Origin: Actinomycetota bacterium
Lineage (GTDB): Bacteria > Actinomycetota > Nitriliruptoria > Nitriliruptorales > Nitriliruptoraceae
Assembly (NCBI GenBank): GCA_019348135.1
Contig: JAHWJY010000001.1
Location: forward strand, 17,973-81,972
Length of the DNA stretch: 64,000 nt
Direction of reading: 5' to 3'
Part shown: one piece after another, positions 50,762 through 58,396 of the stretch
Layout of the letters: every line of letters begins with the position of its first letter
Numbering within the stretch: the first letter of the stretch is position 1
The notes under the pieces: model-generated
Database searches by the model: none
What the model saw: only the letters and a program-made list of their open reading frames with translations
Told to the model about the DNA's origin: nothing
Made by a program: the position numbers and the translations under genes

Positions 50762-51604
50762 TCAGCCCGTGGGCAGGTGCAGGACGTCGCCCTCCACCGC
50801 CACGCGGACCGGTCGCGTCGCGTCCGCGTACGCCGCGGCGATGGCGTCGAGCTCGGGATCGGTACGGGCCGGATCGTGGTGGAACAGCAGCAGCGAGCCG
50901 ACGTCGCAGACGTCCGCGAGCCCGACGGCGTAGTCGATGGTGCTGTGACCGAAGTCGGCGCGGGCGCCGAACTCCGAGCGCGTGTACTGGGCGTCGTGGA
51001 GCAGGAGGTCGACGCCGTCGACGAGCTCCCGGGCCGCCGGGTGGTACGGGCCGAAGCCGTCGGGGCCGGGGCCGAGCCCGAACGGGTGGTGGTCCGAGAG
51101 GTAGGCGAGGCTGCCGCTGGCGTCGCTCACGCGGTAGCCGAAGGTGCGGCCGCCCTTGTGCGGGATCTCGCGGGCGAGGACCTCGAACCCCTCGATGACC
51201 GTCGTGCCCTCCTCCAGGGCGACGAACCGCCACGCCCCGCGGAGCTGGTCGGGACGGATCGGGAAGTGCGGCGGGGACATCCCGCGCGCGAGCACCTCCA
51301 CCGGGTCACCTCCCTGCGCCGGCAGGTAGAGGTCGACGCGCGCCCGGGGATCGTCGCCGGCGCGGAAGAACGGCAGCCCCTGGGTGTGGTCCCAGTGGAG
51401 GTGGCCGAGCAGGATCGAGCCGTCGAAGGCCGCGCCGTCGAGCAGCGCGGCGACGCGACGCAGGCCGGTCCCGGCATCGAGCAGGAGCGACGGCGGCTCG
51501 CCGTCGTGGGCCAGGGCCACGCACGAGGTGTGGCCCCCGTAGCGGACGGACTCGGGGCCGGGGGTGGGGGTCGAGCCCCGGGACCCGCAGATGTGGACCT
51601 GCAG
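50762..51604 (-). CDS. MBL-fold metallo-hydrolase (candidate cyclic-nucleotide phosphodiesterase); start unresolved
   Basis: HxHxDH motif LLGHLHWDHTQG. The conserved N-terminal strand LQVHICGSRGSTPTPG lies upstream of the first ATG/GTG (51520) in the same frame. The only plausible start there is CTG 51604, after GAGGA. Confidence 0.7.
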   Translation of the reverse strand: MQVHICGSRGSTPTPGPESVRYGGHTSCVALAHDGEPPSLLLDAGTGLRRVAALLDGAAFDGSILLGHLHWDHTQGLPFFRAGDDPRARVDLYLPAQGGDPVEVLARGMSPPHFPIRPDQLRGAWRFVALEEGTTVIEGFEVLAREIPHKGGRTFGYRVSDASGSLAYLSDHHPFGLGPGPDGFGPYHPAARELVDGVDLLLHDAQYTRSEFGARADFGHSTIDYAVGLADVCDVGSLLLFHHDPARTDPELDAIAAAYADATRPVRVAVEGDVLHLPTG

Positions 51605-51668
51605 CCTCGTTCCGTCCTCGCGCGTGCGTCTGGGGCGACAACCGGCCGTCGGGCCGGCGCCACGTCGA

Positions 51669-52673
51669 TCAGGTGACGGGAGTCTCGCGCCGGTGGCCCG
51701 TGGCCAGCTGCGCCAGGGCGTCCCGGTCGATCTGACCCGCTGCGGCGACCGCGACCTTACAACCCGTCACGGCGCGCAACGTCGAGGTCCGCGCCCCACC
51801 CTCGAGGATGGCCCGCTCCCCCACGATCGCCCCCGGACCGAGCTGCGCCAGGACCTCACCGTCGACCTCCACCTCGAGCACCCCGTCCAGGAGCAGGTAG
51901 AGGTCGTCACCGTCGGATCCCTGCTCCGTGAGGAGCTCGCCCGCCCCGAGCCGGTCGATCCGGGGCGACGTGCCGGAGCGCATGATCGTCAGGGACAGCT
52001 GCCGTTCGAGCTCCGTCTCGACCTGGGTGATGAGGGCCGGCGTGTCGACGTCCCCCCACGGGGTGTTGTCGCCGAAGTGTTCGCGAGACCACGTCGAGAA
52101 GTCGGTGATGCCGCTCTTCGCGACGAGCCGACCGTCGCCGTCGTAGATCCAGTGACGCGGGAAGGGGCTCGCACCGCGCACCTCGTGCTCGACCCGACCG
52201 TCCGCGTGCAGGGTGAGCGACAGCGTCGTCCAGGCGGTCGGCGGGGAGATCCGCACGAAGGGCGGCTTGCTGACCCGACGGGGCATCGGCGCGCCGGTCC
52301 TGCCGCCCGACGTCTGCTCGAACCGGACCCACCCGTCCCCGACCTCGGGCTCCGGCCGCAGGTCCGGGAACGCGACGGGCTGGAAGGCGAACACCTTGCG
52401 GGACCCGAGGTGCACGTCGGTCGTGGAGATGTAGCTGCGGCCGAGGTGCTCCCACCCCGCGATACGGCCGTCGCCGTCGACCTCGATGGCCGCCGACAGG
52501 AGGTTGGCGAAGCGGAACCGTCCCTCCTCGTTCAGCAGCTGCAGGTCCTCGACGTGGTCCGGCGGCGGGTCGTCGTAGTGGCCGATCCCGATGTCCATGG
52601 GGATCCGCATGTGGCCGCTGATCGCCTCGGACGGGATCCACGAGATGGAGAAGACCTTCGCTTCGATACGCAT
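51669..52673 (-). CDS. protein with unrecognised ~240-aa N-terminal domain and C-terminal cyclic-nucleotide-binding (CNB) domain
   Basis: ATG at 52673 (MRIEAKVFSISWIPSE...). C-terminal CNB features: GELLTEQG..LYLLLDGVLEV... and a phosphate-binding cassette GERAILEGGARTSTLRA. Confidence 0.75.
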   Translation of the reverse strand: MRIEAKVFSISWIPSEAISGHMRIPMDIGIGHYDDPPPDHVEDLQLLNEEGRFRFANLLSAAIEVDGDGRIAGWEHLGRSYISTTDVHLGSRKVFAFQPVAFPDLRPEPEVGDGWVRFEQTSGGRTGAPMPRRVSKPPFVRISPPTAWTTLSLTLHADGRVEHEVRGASPFPRHWIYDGDGRLVAKSGITDFSTWSREHFGDNTPWGDVDTPALITQVETELERQLSLTIMRSGTSPRIDRLGAGELLTEQGSDGDDLYLLLDGVLEVEVDGEVLAQLGPGAIVGERAILEGGARTSTLRAVTGCKVAVAAAGQIDRDALAQLATGHRRETPVT

Positions 52674-52770
52674 GCCCGGCTCCTGCTGCTCGGATGCTGC
52701 GAGTGTCCGCGGCCACGTCACCGGTGTCGCTGGTGCCTTCGGGTCGATCGGGGTGGGGACAGCACCACCC

Positions 52771-55011
52771 TCAGGCCGTCGGCGCGGCGGTGGTGACGCG
52801 GTCCGTGGCGGCGACCGGGATGCGGCCCTCGACGCGTGTCCCCCGCCCCGGCGCCGAGTCGATCGACACGTGCCCCCCGAGCGCGTCGAGCCGGTCACGC
52901 ATGTTCTGCAGTCCCGCGCCGTCCCCGATGTCGGACGTGTCGAACCCCGCCCCGTCGTCGACGACCGCGAAGCGCAGGAAGCCGCCCTCGTCGGACAGCT
53001 CGAGCCGCACCAACGACGCCTCGGCGTACTTCGCCACGTTCTGCAGCGCCTCGAGGCAGCAGAAGTAGACGGCCGCCTCGATGTCCTGGCCGTAGCGGTC
53101 GAGCTCGCCGCTCTCGACCACCACGGGGAGGTGGAAGCGCTCCGCGCGGGAGCCGAGCGCGGTGGTGAGCCCGCGCTCCGCCAGGAGCGGCGGGTAGATG
53201 CCGTGCGCGAGCTCGCGCAGCGTCTTGACGGCCTCCTCGGCCTCGTCGGCGAGCTGCCCCAGGAGATCGTCGACGTCACGACCCATCTGGACCATCCGCT
53301 GCGCGAGTCCGAGCTTGACCCGCAGCGACACGAGCTGCTGTTGGGCCCCGTCGTGGAGGTTGCGCTCCAGGCGCCGGCGGACCTCGTCCTGGGCCGTGAT
53401 GACGCGTTGCCGTGATTCCACCAGCTGCGCCACGTGCTCGAGGAGCTCGGCGGTCAGGCGGACGTTCCGCAACAGCAGTCCGGCCTGACCGGCGAGGGTG
53501 TGGAGGAGCCGCTGGTCGACCGGCGCGAGCGAGCCGTCCCCGGGCAGGGTCAGTGCCAGGACCCCGAGCAGCTCGCCGTCGTGGCGCACCGGCACGGCCA
53601 CGGATGCCGGTAGCGCCGGGAGGTCGTCGCCGGTGAGCGGGAGGGGGCGGTGCGGGGCGCCGCCCCCGGGCCACGACGCCGCGGGTCGGAGCTCGTCGCC
53701 GATCCGGAGCCAGATGTCCGACCGACGGGCCGCGGTGCCCTCACCGAGCACCTGGGCCAGCCTCACGAGCTTGTCCTCGGTCTCGGTCTCCTCACCCACC
53801 TGGGTCGAGAAGTCGGCGAGGGTCTCGAGCGGGGTCGCACGGCGGCCGTAGACCATGCGGTCGGCGAGCCGCTTGACGCGCTCCCGTGCCGGCTCGAACG
53901 CGATCGCGACCAGGCCCGTCGCGACGACCGACAGCACGAGGTTGTCGTTCTGGGCGCCGACCAGCCGTCCGATGCCGACCACCACGCCGACGTACACGAG
54001 GGTGACCAGTCCAGCCAGGCTCGTGTAGGTCAGGGCCCGCGTGATGATGCGGTCGATGCCCCACAGCCGGAAGCGCACCACGCCGGCGAACAGCGCCAGC
54101 GGGATGATCGCGAAGACCGGCTGGAAGACGCGGAACAGCTCGACCGGGATGATGGCGATCGAGCGGCCCCCGTAGACCTCGAACGCCGACGCCGTCGAGC
54201 CGCGCGCCACGACGTAGAGACCGAGCACCAACGCCGGTGCGAGCGCCCAGAACATGGTCCGCGCCTGGGCCCGCTCGGCGGTGCCGGTGGCCCGGGCCAG
54301 TCGGTAGGCCTGGGCCGCGACGCCGACGGCCGGCGTGAGCAGCCCGAACACGATCAGGACCGCGAGCGTGCGCGAGGTCCCGCTGATGCGGAAGGCGACC
54401 ACGCCGACGGTCACGCTCACGATCCCGTAGAGGCCGGCCAGCCGGACCGGCGACCAGCGCGGGACGGGACGGCCGTCGGGGAAGACCAGCAGGGCCGCGA
54501 TGTAGGCCCCCGCGGCGACCACGTGGAAGGCCACGTTGCCGGCCTGATCGAGGAACGAGGCCTGCATCTGCTCGTAGACCGCGTACGCCTGGAGGTTGAA
54601 CACGGCCGCCGTGCCGACGAGCGCGACCGCCAGCAGCCGGGCGGTGCGTTCCCGGGGGCGGAGCCACAGGAGGAACCCGGCCAGGGCGAGGTTGACGAGG
54701 CTGAAGGCGTAGTCGAGCACGAGGCCCCACGCCGGCTCGGCCGCGTGGCTGGCATCCGCCACGGCCGCGAACCGCGGTGCGAGCGCGCCGCTCGTGAACG
54801 CGAGCTCATGCAACCGGTCGTGGAGGCCGAGTGGCAGCGCCAGCGCGGCGGCCAGCCCGGCCATGAGCGCCACCACGGCGTAGGCGACGTACACGGCCAG
54901 TCCGACGGCGAAGGCCCAGTCGGCGCTGCGCCACGACCGCAGCGCGGACCCGGCACCGCCGGCCGGAGCGGTCGCTCCGGTCGGCGGGTCCGAGACCTCA
55001 GCGGCGCTCAT
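52771..55011 (-). CDS. multi-TM sensor histidine kinase with GAF domain, HisKA_3 and HATPase_c (NarL-partner type)
   Basis: ATG at 55011. About 8 N-terminal TM helices, a GAF-like region, the H-box LERNLHDGAQQQL and the ATPase motifs LEALQNVAKY, DDGAGF, GLQNMRDRL. Confidence 0.9.
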   Translation of the reverse strand: MSAAEVSDPPTGATAPAGGAGSALRSWRSADWAFAVGLAVYVAYAVVALMAGLAAALALPLGLHDRLHELAFTSGALAPRFAAVADASHAAEPAWGLVLDYAFSLVNLALAGFLLWLRPRERTARLLAVALVGTAAVFNLQAYAVYEQMQASFLDQAGNVAFHVVAAGAYIAALLVFPDGRPVPRWSPVRLAGLYGIVSVTVGVVAFRISGTSRTLAVLIVFGLLTPAVGVAAQAYRLARATGTAERAQARTMFWALAPALVLGLYVVARGSTASAFEVYGGRSIAIIPVELFRVFQPVFAIIPLALFAGVVRFRLWGIDRIITRALTYTSLAGLVTLVYVGVVVGIGRLVGAQNDNLVLSVVATGLVAIAFEPARERVKRLADRMVYGRRATPLETLADFSTQVGEETETEDKLVRLAQVLGEGTAARRSDIWLRIGDELRPAASWPGGGAPHRPLPLTGDDLPALPASVAVPVRHDGELLGVLALTLPGDGSLAPVDQRLLHTLAGQAGLLLRNVRLTAELLEHVAQLVESRQRVITAQDEVRRRLERNLHDGAQQQLVSLRVKLGLAQRMVQMGRDVDDLLGQLADEAEEAVKTLRELAHGIYPPLLAERGLTTALGSRAERFHLPVVVESGELDRYGQDIEAAVYFCCLEALQNVAKYAEASLVRLELSDEGGFLRFAVVDDGAGFDTSDIGDGAGLQNMRDRLDALGGHVSIDSAPGRGTRVEGRIPVAATDRVTTAAPTA

Positions 55012-55025
55012 CGTGGCCGCGATCC

Positions 55026-56330
55026 CTACGCCTCCTCGACGACGACGCTGCCGACCATCGCCGGGTGGACCAGGCAGGCGTACGAGTACCGGCCCGGCTC
55101 GGTGAACGTCACGCTGTACGTACCGTCGAAGAACATCCCCGAGGACAGGAACGACCTTCCGTCCCAGGTCCCGGCGTCCACCGCCACCGGCTCCGGCGGC
55201 GGGCCGCCCGGCGGGCCCCCGCCTTCGCCCTCGCCTTCGCCGCCGGGCGCACCCTCACCCTCGGCCTCTCCCTCGCCCGGGGGCGGACCCTCGGCGGCCG
55301 GATGGCCCGGGCCGCCGCGGGGCTGCAGCGCGTCCGGACTGAAGATGACCGTGCCGTCGTCCTCGATCGAGAGCTGGGTGAAGTAGTCGGGGACGTTGAA
55401 GCTGACGGTGTGCCCGCCCACGAAGGACCACGTGATCGACTCCCCGACCGTGACGGTGTTCTCCTTGGGGATGAACTCGTCGATCACCGCGTGGGTCGTG
55501 GTGGGCTCGTCCGAGCCCCAGCCCGCGTACGGCTTGCGGACCTCCTGGCCGAAGATCGTGGCCGCGTCGGAGGCGCGTGCCTCCTCCAACGCCGCAGCGA
55601 GCGGCGCGGTGACCTCCTCGATCTCGGCGAGCGCCTGCCGGGCGACGTCCGCCTCCGACGGGATCTCCTCGTCCGCCCCGACGACCGTGATCGTCCCCGC
55701 CTGGAACGGCCCGTGGACGTTGCAGTAGTAGGCGTAGGTGCCCGGCTCGATGTCGTTCGCCAGCACGACGTCGAACGTGTTGCCGCGCTCGCCGGCGTAG
55801 GGGATGAACCCGGAGTTGTAGTACGACTGGCGGCCGTCGAAGGCTGGCTGCTCCTGCTGCTCGTCGGTGCAGGGCTCCATGGGGTCCTCCGGCGGCGCAC
55901 CCTCGTCGAGGTAGCACGGCTGGCCGACGTTCTGGTTCACCGGTCCGCCCTCGAGGGTGTCGGGGAGCATGTACGGCAGTGCCGCCGACGCCGCCATGAA
56001 CTCCTCGAACACCTCCGGCGGGATCTCGTCGTCGGGGAGGTGGCCGTACTTCTCGATGAGCGGTGAGATGACCCCCATCATCTCGTCGACCATCGTGCCC
56101 ATGGTCACCGAGTGCGGCTCCCCGGTCCACTCCTGGCGGAAGTTGACGGTGTCGCCGGGGCGCAGCGTCACGTCCCGCGGGAAGTACGCCAGGTACGAGG
56201 CCGCGAACTCGTCGTGCACGTAGTCGACGAGCACCTCACGCGACTGCGCGCCCCCGGCATCGCCGCCGCACGCCGCCCCCACCGCGGCTAGCGCACCCGC
56301 CGCCACCACGATCGCCATCCGTCCACGCAT
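55026..56330 (-). CDS. lipoprotein with two cupredoxin-like (type-1 copper) modules
   Basis: Lipobox AVGAAC. Module 1: GEPHSVTM ... YYCNVHGPFQAG. Module 2: GGHTVSF ... YACLVHPAMVG. A Gly/Glu/Pro-rich insert lies within module 2. Its stop is 14 nt upstream of the kinase start. Confidence 0.75.
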   Translation of the reverse strand: MRGRMAIVVAAGALAAVGAACGGDAGGAQSREVLVDYVHDEFAASYLAYFPRDVTLRPGDTVNFRQEWTGEPHSVTMGTMVDEMMGVISPLIEKYGHLPDDEIPPEVFEEFMAASAALPYMLPDTLEGGPVNQNVGQPCYLDEGAPPEDPMEPCTDEQQEQPAFDGRQSYYNSGFIPYAGERGNTFDVVLANDIEPGTYAYYCNVHGPFQAGTITVVGADEEIPSEADVARQALAEIEEVTAPLAAALEEARASDAATIFGQEVRKPYAGWGSDEPTTTHAVIDEFIPKENTVTVGESITWSFVGGHTVSFNVPDYFTQLSIEDDGTVIFSPDALQPRGGPGHPAAEGPPPGEGEAEGEGAPGGEGEGEGGGPPGGPPPEPVAVDAGTWDGRSFLSSGMFFDGTYSVTFTEPGRYSYACLVHPAMVGSVVVEEA

Positions 56331-56565
56331 CCTGCGGCTCCCGTCCCCTGCCCCGTGGCCACGGCGTGCGCCGCCGACCGTGGGCATCTTCGCCGAGGCG
56401 CCGAGGACGGCGGAAGGGTACGTCCCTGCGTATGCGACGTGTGGCTAGCACCACCATGGATGCGGAGGCGGCCACCCCTTGCCCCCATGCGCGCCAGCGG
56501 CGACCATCCGGGTCCGCTCGACCTCCTCCTCGCCGGAGAGCGCTCCGGCCGCCTCCGGGAGACCG

Positions 56566-57879
56566 ATGACCGCAGCCGCGCACATCAGCGTCTTCCTCGC
56601 CGACGACAACCTGATCGTCCGCGAGGGGGTCCGGGCGCTCCTGGACCTCGAGGACGACATCGAGGTCGTCGGTACCGCCGGCGACTACGACGGGCTGGTC
56701 GCCGGGGCGGAGGAGGCGAACCCGAACGTCGTCGTGACCGACATCCGTATGCCGCCGGACTTCCGCCGCGAGGGCATCGAGGCCGCCAAGGAGGTCCGCA
56801 AGCGGCATCCGGGGACGGGCATCGTGATCCTCAGCCAGTACGACGACCCGGAGTACGCGGTCTCGCTCCTGTCCGAGGGCGCCGCCGGCTACGCCTACCT
56901 CCTGAAGGACCGCGTCGGCGAGGGTGACCAGCTCGCGCGTGCGGTCCGCGAGGTGGCGTCGGGGGGCTCGATGCTCGATCCGACCATCGTCGAGTCGTTG
57001 ACCCGCCCCGTCGCCCCCGTCTCGGGCCTGTCCCGCGAGGAGGAGCAGCTGCTGACCGCGATCGCGGAGGGCCGGCCGATCAAGGCGATCGCTGCCCAGC
57101 GTCGGACCACGGCCGCCGCGGTCGACGCCGAGATCGAGAAGCTGTGGGTCAAGCTCGCCGCCGGGTTGTCCGCCGGCGACAGCAGCAGTCTGGAACGGTT
57201 GAAGATGCTCCACCGGGCCATCATCGACCGGGAGGAGCAGGGTGAGAGCCTGTCACGACTGCTCCCGGCGGGGCTCGCCGAGAAGCTCCACGCCGAGGGC
57301 CGGCGACCCGGGGAGTCCGAGGAGCTCGTCGTCACCGTGCTGATGAGCGATATCCGCAGCTACTCCACGATCGCCGAACGGACCGACCCGTCGCTGCTGG
57401 CCAGGCAGCTGCACGAGCACCGCGGTGCCATGAACCGGGCCGTGCACGCGGCCGGCGGTACGGTCATGCAGTTCGTCGGTGACGCGGTGATGGCCGTCTT
57501 CGGGGCGCCGTCCCCGAGCCCCGACCACGCCGACCGGTCCGTGACCGCGGCGGCCGCCATGCACGCCGCCCAGGACGCCGTCAACGAGCGCTGGGCCGGC
57601 CAGGGGCTCGAGCCGTTCGGCCTCGGGATCGGGCTGTCGACGGGCAGGGTCGCAGCGGCCATCCTCGGCTCGGAGGAACGCCTCGAGTACTCGCTCGTCG
57701 GCGACACGGTGAACCTCACCCAGCGGCTCCAGCAGTGGGCCGAGCCCGGCGAGACGGTGCTCATCGAGGCCACCCGGGCGGCGTTGGAGCGACCGCTCAC
57801 CTGCGAGAAGCTCGAGCCGTCGCTGGTGAAGGGGCGTGCACACCCGGTGGTGGCCTACCGGTTCCCGCCCCGCGGCTGA
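56566..57879 (+). CDS. response-regulator receiver - LuxR-type HTH - class III nucleotidyl cyclase fusion
   Basis: REC: FLADDN, VVVTDIRMPP, ILSQY, AYLLKD. HTH: LSREEEQLLTAIAEGRPIKAIAA. Cyclase: VLMSDIRSYS, FVGDAVMAVFG, GDTVNLTQR. Confidence 0.85.
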   Translation: MTAAAHISVFLADDNLIVREGVRALLDLEDDIEVVGTAGDYDGLVAGAEEANPNVVVTDIRMPPDFRREGIEAAKEVRKRHPGTGIVILSQYDDPEYAVSLLSEGAAGYAYLLKDRVGEGDQLARAVREVASGGSMLDPTIVESLTRPVAPVSGLSREEEQLLTAIAEGRPIKAIAAQRRTTAAAVDAEIEKLWVKLAAGLSAGDSSSLERLKMLHRAIIDREEQGESLSRLLPAGLAEKLHAEGRRPGESEELVVTVLMSDIRSYSTIAERTDPSLLARQLHEHRGAMNRAVHAAGGTVMQFVGDAVMAVFGAPSPSPDHADRSVTAAAAMHAAQDAVNERWAGQGLEPFGLGIGLSTGRVAAAILGSEERLEYSLVGDTVNLTQRLQQWAEPGETVLIEATRAALERPLTCEKLEPSLVKGRAHPVVAYRFPPRG

Positions 57880-57897
57880 CCACGAGCCGGCGGTGGC

Positions 57898-58269
57898 TCA
57901 GGCGACCGCCGCACCGTTCCATGCCTCCTCGAGCGCGTCGGGCGTGAAGGCCGACTTCGACACGAACGCGATCGCCCCCGCCTCGGTCGCCCGGGGGCCG
58001 TACTCGGTCGCCTCGTAGGTCGACAGCACGACCACGCGGATCGAGCTCGCCCCGGCGAGGATCCGCCGGGTCGCCTCGAGCCCGTCGATGCCCGGGAGGT
58101 TCACGTCCATCAGCACGAGATCGGGATGCAGGTCGAGCGCCTTCGCGACGGCCTCCTCCCCGGTCTCCGCCTCGTCGAGGACCTCGAAGTCGTCGGTCAT
58201 CTCGACCACCATCCGTGCCGCAGAGCGGAACGGCGCCTGGTCGTCGACGATCAGGACTCGCACAGCCAC
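57898..58269 (-). CDS. stand-alone response-regulator receiver (CheY-like)
   Basis: AAGGAG RBS then GTG at 58269. Motifs LIVDDQ, LVLMDVNLPG, VVVLSTY, AFVSKS. No output domain. Confidence 0.88.
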   Translation of the reverse strand: MAVRVLIVDDQAPFRSAARMVVEMTDDFEVLDEAETGEEAVAKALDLHPDLVLMDVNLPGIDGLEATRRILAGASSIRVVVLSTYEATEYGPRATEAGAIAFVSKSAFTPDALEEAWNGAAVA

Positions 58270-58396
58270 GTCGGCTCCTTCTCGGGAGGCGAGGGTCGCC
58301 CACCGGTCGGATCGGAGCCAGCCTGCCAGCACGGGACCTCGTGGTGTGGTTACCACTACCGCCCGAACGGGTCCTCCCGGCCGTTCGCGGCATGGT

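Noticed and set aside
55186-55320. GC-rich low-complexity repeat (ggc/gag/ccc-rich) on the DNA level
   Set aside because: It is in frame within the cupredoxin lipoprotein gene and encodes a Gly/Glu/Pro-rich linker (GEGEAEGEGAPGGEGEGEGGGPPGGPPP). It is a coding low-complexity segment, not an independent repeat element.
56419-56432. TACG-N6-CGTA palindrome in the cupredoxin / REC-cyclase divergent intergenic region as a NarL-type binding site
   Set aside because: The arms are only 4 bp and I found no second copy. This is too weak to call without comparative data.
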